Below, one piece after another: positions 14,275 to 27,384 of a DNA stretch of 64,000 bases (its first letter is position 1; each line of letters begins with the position of its first letter). The notes under the pieces were generated by a model. It was not told the DNA's origin. It ran no database searches and worked only from the letters and a program-made list of their open reading frames with translations. This DNA comes from Chrysomallon squamiferum (taxonomy: Eukaryota > Animalia > Mollusca). The position numbers were made by a program, and so were the translations under genes. The DNA lies in the NCBI GenBank assembly GCA_012295275.1, contig CM022666.1, forward strand, positions 11,656,001 to 11,720,000. Direction: 5' to 3'.

Positions 14275-15272
14275 TTAAGACAAATAAGTCTTTTGTTTGA
14301 ATTTCCTTTTCTTCTTGATCGGTACCACGTTTTCCTGGCCCGCGGGTAACAAATCTGGTTTAGACTTCATTTGTCGAAGTCGCTTTTCTTTCATGTCGAT
14401 GGTGACGCTGCCGATCATAGCGAAAGCCTGTTTTAGCTGTGTGTCTATCTTAGACACTTCCACAGCAACCGACTTCTCAGTGTTCCACCGAGTTCCTTCT
14501 GCAAACACAACACGATTAGACGTAAGTGCATAAGACAACAGACAAAAAATAAAAATAAAAATAAATAAAAACAACAAAATATACAATATGGCGTAATATA
14601 TAGTAGACAGAAATAGCTTCCAAGATGACTCACCACTCTGCGGCAAGCTGGTTAATTATATACAAATAATTATATCAGTGATTTACAAAACCTAAATAAC
14701 TTAAATCGTCGTGAATGAGTTCGATCTGTTGGAAAATGTAAAACGACAGCTTCCTTGCATCTTTACAAGGCTTACATTTTATTGTTATGCATTCATCGTT
14801 AGCAATCATTTATAGCCTAAATCAAAAGAATAATTTGAAAATACACGTTAATTTGTTTGATTCTCTAAACAGAAGTAAACTAACCATCTCTGAGTTTTCC
14901 GTACGTGGCGTTGGGGGCGTTAGTGGCAGCAAACAAGACAGAAAGACTGTTGAGTTTATCAGCAGACTTTTTTTCTGGGTCATCGTTTTCATCCTGAATA
15001 AAACCTTCGTTTGTCTGGTCAACCAGTTCGTTTTGTTTACGTCTGCTGCGACGTCGCATGTAACGTCTGAGTTTCGCAATGCAGTAGATGGCTGAACAGC
15101 CGCCGTACACGAGGATCATTATCGGCAGCACGAGATACGTAGCCTTGTTGTAGTCATTGTCAAAGAAACGCTCCAGTTCGTTCGCGTACGTCTTGTGCGT
15201 CGTGTTGTCTTGTGCTGCTGTGTAACCCAGAAACAGCAGAAAACCTGCACACAAACAGAACTCCGATATCAT
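14275..15272 (-). CDS. Uncharacterised type I single-pass membrane protein (paralog A, ~203 aa)
   Basis: Exons 15272-14885 and 14498-14275 (phase 1). Signal peptide MISEFCLCAGFLLFLGYTAA, ~25-aa ectodomain, [23 protein letters not shown], basic stop-transfer KLRRYMRRRSRRK, tail ending KKKRKFKQKTYLS. Strong similarity to the gene at 27385-32262. Confidence 0.8.
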
Positions 15273-15482
15273 CAAGATAAAAGTGTAAATCTATCTATGA
15301 ATTCATCCATCTATCACTCCTTCCTTCCATCCCTTTCTCTATGTATCTAACTATACGAATAGATTAACACTCAACTATAGACTGTCATGTATAATACGAG
15401 TGTGTCTATGTGTATACTGCATGAAATAAATTTACATTACAAGAAAAATAAATTGATTACTATTATTGTTGTTGTTGTTGTG

Positions 15483-15515
<33 letters not shown>

Positions 15516-15779
15516 ATTATTATTATTATTATTATTATTAATTAGAAATATTTCTTGTTTTTACCAATATATTGAACTCAAAGCTAAACGGATGATCTAG
15601 CATGTATGCCAGTTCATGCATATTGCATTACATATATTCATTTTGTAAGTTAACTGTCATTATCTGCTTGTCGCCATGGTGCAGATCTATCGATTCCTGC
15701 AAACTCTGCTTATCACAGTAACAATACATACACATTTATATTTCAATATATTTATCACCTGTAAGCTCTAATGAGGTCA

Positions 15780-15787
15780 TGACGTCA
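15780..15787. promoter_or_regulatory. Palindromic CRE (TGACGTCA) upstream of paralog A
   Basis: Exact consensus ~500 bp upstream of the ATG, next to a minus-strand donor-like site at ~15758. Function not shown. Confidence 0.35.
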
Positions 15788-16305
15788 GGTTCCTGATTAG
15801 TAAAATGATTTTAACATTTAAAACAGACAGTATGGGTACTCTGATATAGAAAAACTAAATATCTCATAGGTTGAATCTTTAATAAAATAAAACAAATGAT
15901 ACTGTAACACCTACTTTCACTTATATATCACTGCCACCACATGTATTTCAAATTATTCGTTATACAGCAGTTATAAAACCAACATCAGTGAAACAGTTTC
16001 ATCAGTAACACTTAATTTCTGTCTTGTTATTTAGTAGCACTGATGATATTTTCAAAATAATTTTTAATTTTATTTTCGAGAAATGTTTGGCTATGATTAC
16101 GAAGATGACTTCTGTTTGAGTCTTGAAGTGTTCAGAAATACAAATTTCTGGTATAACTAGATTACCTTATCTTTGAACTTAGTCATGTTTATCCTATCAT
16201 TATTTAGTTTCACATTTGTTTTGTCAGCTCAGGTTTTTTACAGTAGACATATCTTAAATTGAAACAAGCAAGCAGTACACACACACACTCACACAGAGAG
16301 AGACC

Positions 16306-16396
<91 letters not shown>

Positions 16397-16774
16397 TGAC
16401 GGATGTTACTTCAAAAGGACATTGGTAAAAACCAACTAACTTTATTTTAGAATTCTCTGAAATATTTAAATTGTACAAATACATATTTGCTCTTGATTTC
16501 ATGTGGTATTAATTCATTCAGATTAATTGTTAGGAAATGACTATCCTGATTTTAATGTAACATCTTTTTGGATTACCGTTGTCATATATTTGTTTGGTTA
16601 ATCATATTCTTTAATCTGATGCTGCTGACATTACAAATTGTGTTGAATGAAGTGTCAAAGCCAGTTTGGGATGGTAATATAAGAGACTTAATATTCCTAT
16701 TTTTGAGTAGTGTATAGCCTTGAAATTATGTGATGCCTGTTGATGTCAACACTATAAGAACAAAACAGGAGTCT

Positions 16775-17019
16775 CAGAGGCGCGCAGAGGCGGGCTGAAA
16801 GGTCGGTGGCCCCGGGCATCCAATCAAAGAAAATCACTTAATAGATTTGGTTGATTTATATTTAAATAGAATAAAGTGTTTATTTTATGTTTCATCTGTG
16901 TTTACATATTCAGAATATCTTCCTTTCTCATAATATTTCTCAGTACTCGGACTTATACTTGAGTCTTTGTGGCAGACAATCAAGCAGTTGGCCCCGGGCA
17001 TCACCAGACCTCTGCACTG
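16775..17019. mobile_element. hAT-like MITE (245 bp)
   Basis: Ends CAG...GCAGAGG and CCTCTGCACTG are partly inverted. Internal 14-bp direct repeat TGGCCCCGGGCATC. Imperfect 8-bp flanks AGGAGTCT / ATGAGTCA. Confidence 0.55.
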
Positions 17020-17267
17020 ATGAGTCAACAAGAATTTTAAGTTTTTCTGCAAATTAGCAATTCCGTGAATACAGTTTGAGTCGTTGCATAATGAAATAAT
17101 GAAATTTGTTTCTTTTCCTCATGTCCCACGAGTCTTGGAATTGCCTATTTATTTATTTATTTATTTGTTCGTTTGATTTTTTGTGTGTTTTTTTATTTAT
17201 TTATTATCTTTCTCTTTTCTTTCGTTAATTCTTTTTGTATTATTATTATTATTATTGTTGTTATTGT

Positions 17268-17339
<72 letters not shown>

Positions 17340-18212
17340 TTTATTTTTTTATTTATTTATTTATTTAAATATTTTTTAAACAGTTCTTATTATTTTCCTC
17401 TATTCTGGTTTAATGTCGTTTATCTCTGTTTAAGTTTTAAAACTGTATTTGTTTTGTTACACTGTTAAATATCTTGTGTTCTCTTTGCTGTTTTGCTATG
17501 TTTGATAAATAAAAGAAAAGATTATAAAGAAACAAACAAAACAACAACAATCTCCTCCCCCACCCCAATAAAACAACCCAACAACAAACAACAACAGAAA
17601 TGGTTTCCATTACATTTAAACCTACGAAAATACGAAAAATAACTTACATTTTAAAAAAGACGTCATCTTCATTCCTATTAAAGTGAAGTCAGTTCTCCAT
17701 CAGTTGGTCACGATGTGGTCCGCAAATTGTCATTTCGGAATTCTCGTTTCGCCTGACAAGATTTCTCTTTTTTTGTCGTTTCGCCTTTGTCTCTAGGATT
17801 AATAATTCAGCAATTATTTGTCCAATTGTCGTATAGTATCCGCTTTGTTGTTTAGTTGTAACTTTTCCCTTTCGATTTTCATTTGGATGACTAAGCTAGT
17901 TCATGGTATATTTATGTTTATCTGTATACCTGTTATCATGCTGTTCTGTTAAACTATGACTGATACAATATTAATGCTGAGCCGCCGAACCATTCAGTTG
18001 TTATTCTCATAGCACTGTCATCAAGATCAACACTGTAAAATGAAGAGAGTCATCATCATCTGGATATCATCATACATATTATTATCTTCATGATTATTTG
18101 TACTAATTTAATATTCATCAAGGTTTTACTATCATAATGAAAGGTAGAACTATCTAGTAAAATATGTAAACATTTTTAAGCGGTACAAAAGTAATTGACA
18201 AATGGTTTATGG

Positions 18213-19992
18213 CAAATAAATACTGTGAGTACGTGCTTTAAAGATGTATTCTAATACTACAAATAAATACTGTGAATACGTGCTTTAAAGATGTATTCTG
18301 ATATTACAAATAAACACTGTGTTTGAAGATGTATTCTGATATTACAAAAAACCACTGTGAATACGTGCTTTGAAGATGTATTTTAATACTACAAATAAAC
18401 ACTGTGAATACGTGCTTTGAAGATGTCCTGTAATACTACAAATGAACACTGTGAATACGTGCTTTGAAGATGTCCTGTAATACTACAAATAAACACTGTG
18501 AATACGTGCTTTGAAGATGTATTCTAATACTACAAACAAACACTGTGAATACGTGCTTTGAAGATGTATTCCAATATTACAAATAAACACTGTGTTTGAA
18601 GATGTATTCTAATACTACAAATAAACACTGTGAATACGTGCTTTGAAGATGTATTCCAATATTACAAATAAATACTGTGAATACGTGCTTTAAAGATGTA
18701 TTCTAATACTACAAATAAATACTGTGAATACGTGCTTTAAAGATGTATTCTAATACTACAAATAAATACTGTGAATACGTATTCCAATGTTACAAATAAA
18801 CACTGAATAGTGCTTTGAAGATGTATTCCAATATTACAAATAAACACTGTGAATACGTGCTTTAAAAAAAAACCACTGTATTCTAATACTACAAATAAAT
18901 ACTGTGTTTGAATACGTTCCAATATTACAAATAAACACTGAATACGTTTGAAGATGTATTCTAAAATAAACACTAATACTACAAAAAAATAAAAACACTG
19001 TGAATACGTGCTTTGAAGATGTATTCCAATATTACAAATAAACACTGAATGCGTGCTTTGAAGATGTATTCTAATACTACAAATAAATACTGTGTTTGAA
19101 TATGTATTCTAATACTACAAAATAAACACTGTGAATACGTGCTTTGAAGATGTATTCCAATATTACAAATAAACACTGAATACGTGCTTTGAAGATGTAT
19201 TCCAATATTACAAATAAACACTGAATACGTGCTTTGAAGATGTATTCCAATATTACAAATAAACACTGTGAATAAGTGCTTTGAAAATGTATTCCAATAT
19301 TACAAATAAACACTGTGAATACGTGCTTTGAAAATGTATTCCAATATTACAAATAAACACTGAATACGTGCTTTGAAGATGTATTCTTATATTACAAATA
19401 AACACTGAATACGTGCTTTGAAGATGTATTCCAATATTACAAATAAACACTGAATGCGTGCTTTGAAGATGTATTCCAATATTACAAATAAACACTGTGA
19501 ATACGTGCTTTGAAGATGTATTCTGATATTACAAATAAATACTGTGTTTGAAGATGTATTCCAATATTACAAATAAACACTGAATACGTGCTTTGAAGAT
19601 GTATTCTAATATTACAAATAAACACTGAATACGTGCTTTGAAGATGTATTCCAATATTAAAATAAACACTGAATACGTGCTTTGAAGATGTATTCCAATA
19701 TTAAAATAAACACTGTGAATACGTGCTTTGAAGATGTATTCCAATATTACAAATAAACACTGTGAATACGTGCTTTGAAGATGTATTCTAATATTACAAA
19801 TAAACACTGTGAATACGTGCTTTGAAGATGTATTTTAATATTACAAATAAACACTGTGAATACGTGCTTTGAAGATGTATTCTTATGTTACAAATAAACA
19901 CTGTGAATACGTGCTTTGAAGATGTATTCCAATATTACAAATAAACACTGTGAATACGTGCTTTGAAGATGTATTCCAATATTACAAATAAA
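18213..19992. repeat. Minisatellite array, 45-47 bp unit, ~38 copies
   Basis: Consensus AAATAAACACTGTGAATACGTGCTTTGAAGATGTATTCCAATATTAC, head-to-tail with no unique spacers. Confidence 0.95.
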
Positions 19993-20613
19993 TGACAAAT
20001 TTAAAAATGATAATTTTCATCATCACCATTAATGTCATCATCAGGTGATACTAGATCGTAACGTTCCACCGCGTGTCTTTTGACATCAATAACACTTATC
20101 ATTGTACGTATAATCAATACAGCATTCATGACTTCTGCATAAATATTTATTAGACAAAAACACGTTTGTTTTCTGTTTGCTTTGAAAATGTATCTTTGCA
20201 TGTGTATACATAGCGATCAATAAACAAGAAAACGTTGATGAATTACCTTACATATAATGAATCTGATACAGAAAACACACTAAGTATTCTAAAACCTTGA
20301 GTTTAATTTTTAGTTTTATTTTAGTTTTAGTGAAATTTCTTTTTTTTAAAATAAAATACGTATTGTTTTACTGTAATATAATATTATAAATGCCAACAAG
20401 TATAATAATTCATGCTCTTTCAACTGGGTACTGTTAATTTTCTCTCGTTAGTTTCCTCTTTTTTTTTTTGTTTTTTTACTTCCTTTCCTCAGACTCACCT
20501 AATTGTTTCATCTTCTGTTAGTTTCCATTTTCTTATTAATTTAATATTTTGGTACATTTACTTAAGGCAATATAATAATAATAACAATAATAATAATAAT
20601 AATAATAATAATA

Positions 20614-20690
<77 letters not shown>

Positions 20691-21169
20691 CATTACTCTT
20701 TAAAATGTATATAATTTAAATTTAAAACAACAATAAATTCCAAAATATATATGCAAAATATTTTTCACAAGGTTTATTTATATGGTTCATTGCACAACAA
20801 ATTTCTCATTATTTTTCTGGTACTGGGATGCGAACCTAGGGAAGGTCATACAATGTTAACTGAAATCGATTGTGAGTAAAAGTGAAGTTAGTCACTTCGT
20901 TATCGCTTCACACAGGAGCGATACGTTGTCGTGGTGAGAACGACAACATGTTTCGTGTACAAACCTATTGATTAGTTCCTTTACAAACAAATGTTTATCT
21001 TGTATTACACCGGCCTCGCCTACGCGCAATCAAACTAACACATCCACACTTCATAGCTAGAGAATAATTACATAACAGGCAGCTTTAGCTAATTATTATT
21101 ATTCACTTGCTGAATAATACTCGTTCTTCTTCGTCGTCCTGCTTTTAATGTTATTGTTGAATGTAGAAT

Positions 21170-21209
<40 letters not shown>

Positions 21210-21796
21210 TTCCTATAAGCCCATCTTGTCATGGTAAATATTCTTCAAATACCACTACGTTATGACTTGAATATGACAGAGTTCTGTTCTGTTCTGTTCT
21301 GTCACAGCTGTTGTTAAAAAAACATCAGCAACTATAACAATAACAACGATAGCAGTTATTATTATTATTATCATCATCATCATCACCATTATTATCATTA
21401 TTATTGTTTGAAAACAATCTCGAAGTATATTATTTTTTAATTATTATTGTCTGTTAGTTATGAAAGAAAAATTAATTCTGATATCTTATAAAGTATGTTA
21501 AAAGTGAAATATCTGTGGATCGTTTATAAACTACCGGAGTACATCCAAAACCCTTTTCTTGTTAATACAGAAGTGTTCACAATCACAGTTTCCAGTTTCC
21601 ACTATAAATGTTTTGTTTAATTACATTCTTACTCTTGTTTTCTTCGCTTGTTGAAATAAAGGAATACACGAGAATAAATCGAAGTATTCAGAATCCCTCC
21701 GGTTGTAGCAGATCGAACATAAACACTTTACATACGTCTGGGCGTTCATCGAGTTTAAACTTTCAAATTAAATCGTTTTTCTCTGGGTCTGGAGGA

Positions 21797-22328
21797 ATGT
21801 CGTTAGTAAAAATAGTCTGGCTCGTGTCGTCTTTAACAGGTAAGGGACTGCTTCTACCTGTCAGGTATTTGTCTACTTTTATAACTGCATGGTAGTAAAT
21901 TAAAAGCGTTTATTAAATTAAATGTATTGTTTTATATCGCTCTGACTCAGGTGAGCAAAGAGGTCTGGATGGAACAGGTTTGTTATTATTTGTTTATTTG
22001 ATATTTGATTATTTAATGAATACGATTATTATTAATAGTAGTTGCAGTAGTAGTAATAGTAGTAGTTTTAGTAGTAGTAGTAGTAGTACTATTTTAATTC
22101 TTTGTTTGTAAAAACAAGAATAGTTAAATTTCAAAATAAAATTAAATGGTAAATTACAGCAGATCTTATTTGATTAATAGATTAAAGGAACAACAATAAT
22201 AATAAAAACAACAAAAATCCTCCTTAGATAATTCAATTTGTAGTTTAAAAAAAAAAAAATAATAATTAAAAAAAAAGTTTTATTTCCATAAACAACATCA
22301 ACAATAAATAAATAAATAAACAATTATA

Positions 22329-22363
<35 letters not shown>

Positions 22364-22732
22364 ACAAATAAATGTATGTATGTATGTGTAACGAAGGTGC
22401 TGGTGCAGACTACGTACACGTGGGGTGTTACACCTACGACTCACGGAGCGACCCGCTGGTTCACCAGTTCAGCACGACGGCTGATGACGACACGTCTCGC
22501 TGTGTGCAGACGTGTCAGCAGAGTGGCTTCCCCTACGCCGCTCTCCAGTCGGGAGGACAGACGTGTTCGTGTACAGACGACTACAGCAAATACAAACTTT
22601 CAGACGGTAGCCGCGTCTTTGCTGTATTTCACTTTCTTATGCTTGTTTTGTTGTCTTTTCTTTTTTCTAAAATTATTATTTTTATTTGTCATTCTTCCTC
22701 TTCTTCATCGTCTTCTTCTTCTTCTTCTTCTT

Positions 22733-22792
<60 letters not shown>

Positions 22793-22836
22793 ATTAATTC
22801 GAAGAAAGTGATTGTCTTAAAGCATCTTCATCATTT

Positions 22837-22874
<38 letters not shown>

Positions 22875-25686
22875 TACCACCATCTTGAAAAATTCAAAAT
22901 TCACACAAACAATGGCAGCATAATAATACAGGCTGTGGATATCTTATCCAAAATTCCAAAATCCAAAACGTTGTCGAGATAGTGATTTGTTGAGTTTTCA
23001 TGGTTTTACAAGCACAAACATCATTTCAAGCAAAAAGAAAAGAAAAAACGTTGATTAAACATTAACATTACCTGCAGACTAATCTATATAAGCTCTGTGT
23101 GAAAACAAAATAAATTTTGTATTTAGACCTAAACGCTGTTCTCTGACTATATGGGGCTACTGATTGTAAAATTCCTAATTCTGAAATGTTCTGGACACAC
23201 CTGTAAATACTTCTTTACTGTAGGCTGTGTTTACGGTTGTTACCAAGATGGATTCCCAGCCTGTGGTGGCAAGACAGACTTCAGTATTTACTACACACTT
23301 ACTAGAGGTATGACTGGATATAACAATTTCACTATTTATTAAACAATTACTAAAGAAAACAATTATTTATTATCAGCTACTGGAAGTAACAACTTCAATA
23401 TTTACTACAGATTTACTAGATGTGACCAATATTTAGTTTACATTTGTTAAAAGTAACTTCACTATTTACTATACATTTATACTCAGTATTTATTATAAAT
23501 TTACTAGAGGTCACTGTTTAATATATAATTATCAGAATTTACTCAAAATTAATTTTACTATACGCTTACTAGAAAAAAATTGATTGATTTATGTGACCTT
23601 TTCTATATTTTCACTAGTAGCAAAATAAAAAAAAAATATATATTATCAAAATATTTAGTGAACCTATTCTTTTACTCCCACAGCGACTTCTACTGCAGCC
23701 TTTCCAGTACTAATGCAACTGTTGCTAATATTACCGATTCTGACAACTTTTCACTGCGGAATAGATGATTTTTAAAAATTAATTAAAATGTTTCTTTTTC
23801 GTTCTGTTTGTTTCAGCTGCTTCGTGTCCTGCCGGCGGTGTGGAAGTGACTGGGACATCGTACGACACGTGTCTCACTTTGTCTCGTGACGTCAGACTGA
23901 ACTTCACTAACGCCAGAAGTAAATGTATACAACGAGGATTTGATTTGGTAGCCATATCAGGGGAGAACACTCTTGACGGCATGAAAGATCTTTTGGAGAA
24001 GACTTCAGTAGGGTAATAATTATAATACACTACTAGTGTATAAAATTATATAGTTTTATATATCGTGAACTATCGTCAGAAGTATTTTATTTTGATTACT
24101 GTACTGTCACCTGATTTTGTCTCACTTTCAGAAACATCACCATGTGGATAGGATCAAAGGACATTTTTAACTGGAACTCTGCATTTCAACAACTTAAACA
24201 TTCCGGTAATAATACTGTTCAAAATAATAACAATAACAGCAACAGCTACAACAACAACAAAAGCAGCAATATAGCAAAAACACCAATAACAATAACAACG
24301 ACATTCAGCCGAGCTGATCAATTTATCAAAAGAGAAAAATTAATATTTAATTATTTAAAATCTTGTTTTAATTCTAAATTTTTATTTCAGTGCAGAGAAA
24401 TACTTTTAGAACCGATAAGACTCAGTCAGGTCTATGTACAGCATTCAAAAGCGACAGAGAATTGTGGGAAACACTTCCTTGTAACCAGAGTCTGTACTTC
24501 GTCTGTATGTCAGTTTTAAGTAAGTTCCATTCTCATATGTTTATAATTTTTTAATTTTTTATTTTCGTTGTTTTTATTATTTTTTTTTTTGTTTTTTCGT
24601 TATTTTTATCGTTTTTTTTATTCTGTTTCATAAACATTTGTAGACTGTTTGAGAACAACTGTGCCAGTACAAAGTAAAACTCAGTGATGTTGATTGTCTT
24701 ACTTGCCTCTTATTTAACAAGGATTAGTACAGTCTATGAGAATGAATCCTTCATGTGTTCATTGACGTTAAAATTTAGGGAATCTTTACCATACTTCGTA
24801 AATTCAATTAAAAAGCATTTCTCAGAATTTTATTATCATTTGTTCTTTTGAAACTAGAACAAATATAAAAAAGATGAAATAAAATATCACTGGTTAGAGG
24901 TATATATAATTAAAAAAACAAATTAACAAGTTTTGTGTTTCAGTAACCACTGTAACAGCTAACGTTCGCTTGTTCATTTTAAATCAAGGATGTAAGCAGG
25001 AAGTTAATTTTGTTATTATTATTATTTTTTAAAATTTATTTAGACATTCCTGTTAGTTTTGTTTATTTGTATAATTTCGGCTGAACAATTTGCATATTTT
25101 TATAAAATTCCGTTTATAAAACATTTAAAAACAAAAATATAAAAATTATCGTTTTCCGCAGTTACGTCCTAATTACCGTTCTTGAGTTAGAATAAACAAG
25201 CGAATGTTAGATATATACATTAAAACAAATCAATATTGGTTCATCAAAACCGACCAGTATATTTTATATGACCTTTATTATATTTGTTCTTATTGTCAAA
25301 AGAACAAACCATAGTAAAATCTCAAGAAAAACTTCTTATTAGAATTTAAACAGATTATCGTAAATTATTTATTTACGTTAATTCATTTGTTCTTAGGTTA
25401 TTCCAAGCTGACAAGAGAAAAAAGTTGGTTCAGTAAGATGATGGATAAAGTGTTTGAATTTTACTCTGATCAAAACAACATGGCGACATTTTTCGTGTTG
25501 CCCATCTTTGTGTTAGTCATTCTGTCGTGTTGTCTGCCATATATGTGCCACAGAATCAAACAACAAAAAGAGGAAAGTCAAGAGGAATATGCGCCACATG
25601 TCGACATTGAGGAAACCGCAGATTACATGAAATACTCGACCTACTTCGGAAGCAGTCACAACAAACACCTCATAAATTTGTACTAG
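21797..25686 (+). CDS. WSC + C-type lectin-like domain type I membrane protein (paralog B, ~341 aa)
   Basis: Exons 21797-21839, 22397-22606, 23224-23307, 23817-24012, 24132-24205, 24391-24519, 25397-25686 (1026 nt, phases consistent). Signal peptide MSLVKIVWLVSSLTGAGA. WSC: YVHVGCY...CVQTC...YAALQ..CSC...C..C..CGG..SIY. CTLD: SCP...C...ARSKC...LVAI...WIG...C...W...C..LYFVC. TM: FFVLPIFVLVILSCCLPYMC. Possible optional in-phase exons at 21951-21977 and 24944-24991. Confidence 0.8.
22929..22970. mobile_element. Truncated pogo/Tigger-like terminal fragment
   Basis: TA followed by CAGGCTGTGGATATCTTATCCAAAATTCCAAAATCC, resembling the termini of the element at 61132-61887. No partner end found. Confidence 0.35.
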
Positions 25687-26313
25687 TCAGAGACACCGAA
25701 AACAAGAAGAAGAAGATAAATATAAATATAAAATATATAAACGTCATAATGGTGATGATTGATGACACAGACTAGGAAACATGGGGGGGGATATTAAACA
25801 GCCGTTCACATTTAAATGTGAACTATCATTATATATAATATATAATATATAATGATATGTGTGTTTTTAAAACTTTCAAGCAGACCCGAAGAATTCATTG
25901 GTTATTAAGTAATAAAACATATTTATAAAACAATTCTTATTACTCTGCGTTATGATTACAATATTTACACAAATAAATAAAACAAACTCTGATAATAGAT
26001 ACTAAAAATCATATTTTATTTTATTTATGAAAAACACAACATATATAATAAATACAAATAAATATCACATTTCACACTGTGTGTTAAAGCAGTTTCACTT
26101 TTAACTCTGACAGCTTCTTGGTTTTTTATATACATATTTCTCTGTGTGTGTGTGTGTGTGTGTGCATGCGTATGTGTGTGTGTGTGTGTGTGTGAAAGCA
26201 GTCTTATTCGAATTAAAATTGAAGTTTGTTGTTGTTGTTATTGTTTTAAATTACACGAATGACAAAGAAAGAAACTTCAAACGCTATCGTACAAAAAATT
26301 AATGTTACATCCT

Positions 26314-26346
<33 letters not shown>

Positions 26347-26379
26347 GGTTATGAAAAATATATGTATTTGTTTATATGA

Positions 26380-26440
<61 letters not shown>

Positions 26441-27384
26441 GGTACCCTGCAAATACCTCTGTTCAAATTTGAATTTTTTAAATTGAAAGATGAATAAAAT
26501 AAATTAATTTCCGCCGAGACGTAGATGTTCATTATAAATGAAGAAAAATAAACCAAACAGCCCGTCGTTACATATATAAAGATATATATAGATAGGTAGA
26601 TAGACAGATAGATAGATAGACAGACAGATAGATAGAGAGTAGATAGACAGATATACTGATAGATAGACGGTAGATAGACAGATACAGATATATACATACA
26701 TTTAAAAACACATTTACAAATGGTTGTATAATCTGAACAGTGTTAACGATTCAGTCAGCTTAGTTACATGTAAATGAACATTAATACAGAGGTGGTTAAA
26801 TAAAATAATAACAAGAAATAATAATAGCAATTTAAAAAGTAAATAAAAAAAAAAAAAAAGAAAATAAAATATTCACTTATTACATGATATCAGCAAGAAA
26901 AATAAATGAGATAAACTGAAATAAATGAAACATTTGCAGACAAAATGTGTTGTGTGATTATAAACCAATAGTGTGTGCTTTATATTTTTACAGTAATAAT
27001 AATAATAATAATAATAACAACAAGAACAATAACGTAACAATAACAATAACAATAATATTATATTATGAAAGCAAAGTGCACAGTAAGGACATAGAAAAGT
27101 ATATTCTAATTCTTTTCTCAGCAGCATATTTAGATTTGTTTATGATTATCATATTTTCATAACAAAATACAGACGTTTGTCGAAAAGGCACATAATATAA
27201 AGACATCAACAGGATTCAATTTTACTCTCTTTTCTCTTATTTTCTAGATTTTCTGTTGTTGTTATTTATTTATTTATTTTTTTGTTTGTTTGTTTGTTTG
27301 TTATTTGTCTTCTTCTTCTTCTTTTTTTTTTTGATTTGGAAACTTTATTGTCTGCTTTTTTCTTTTTTACTGCTTTTTTCTTTT

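Noticed and set aside
15670-15683. X-box-like GTCGCCATGGTGCA upstream of paralog A
   Set aside because: Only one half-site fits the consensus. Too weak on its own.
18737-19807. Repetitive MFICNIGIHLQST ORFs
   Set aside because: By-products of the 45/47-bp satellite. Frames shift with unit length.
18213-19992. CRISPR-like or RSS-like reading of the 47-bp array (contains CACTGTG), and similarly the 28-bp and 33-bp arrays
   Set aside because: Units are contiguous with no unique spacers and no cas genes. The heptamer-like word is not followed by a nonamer at 12/23-bp spacing in the correct orientation.
20820-20845. Reverse B-box-like GGGATGCGAACC (possible SINE fragment)
   Set aside because: Too short, with no A-box or tail to support an element.
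21608-21796. Upstream in-frame ATG extending paralog B by 63 aa
   Set aside because: The ATG at 21797 already gives a clean signal peptide. The extension is possible but unsupported.
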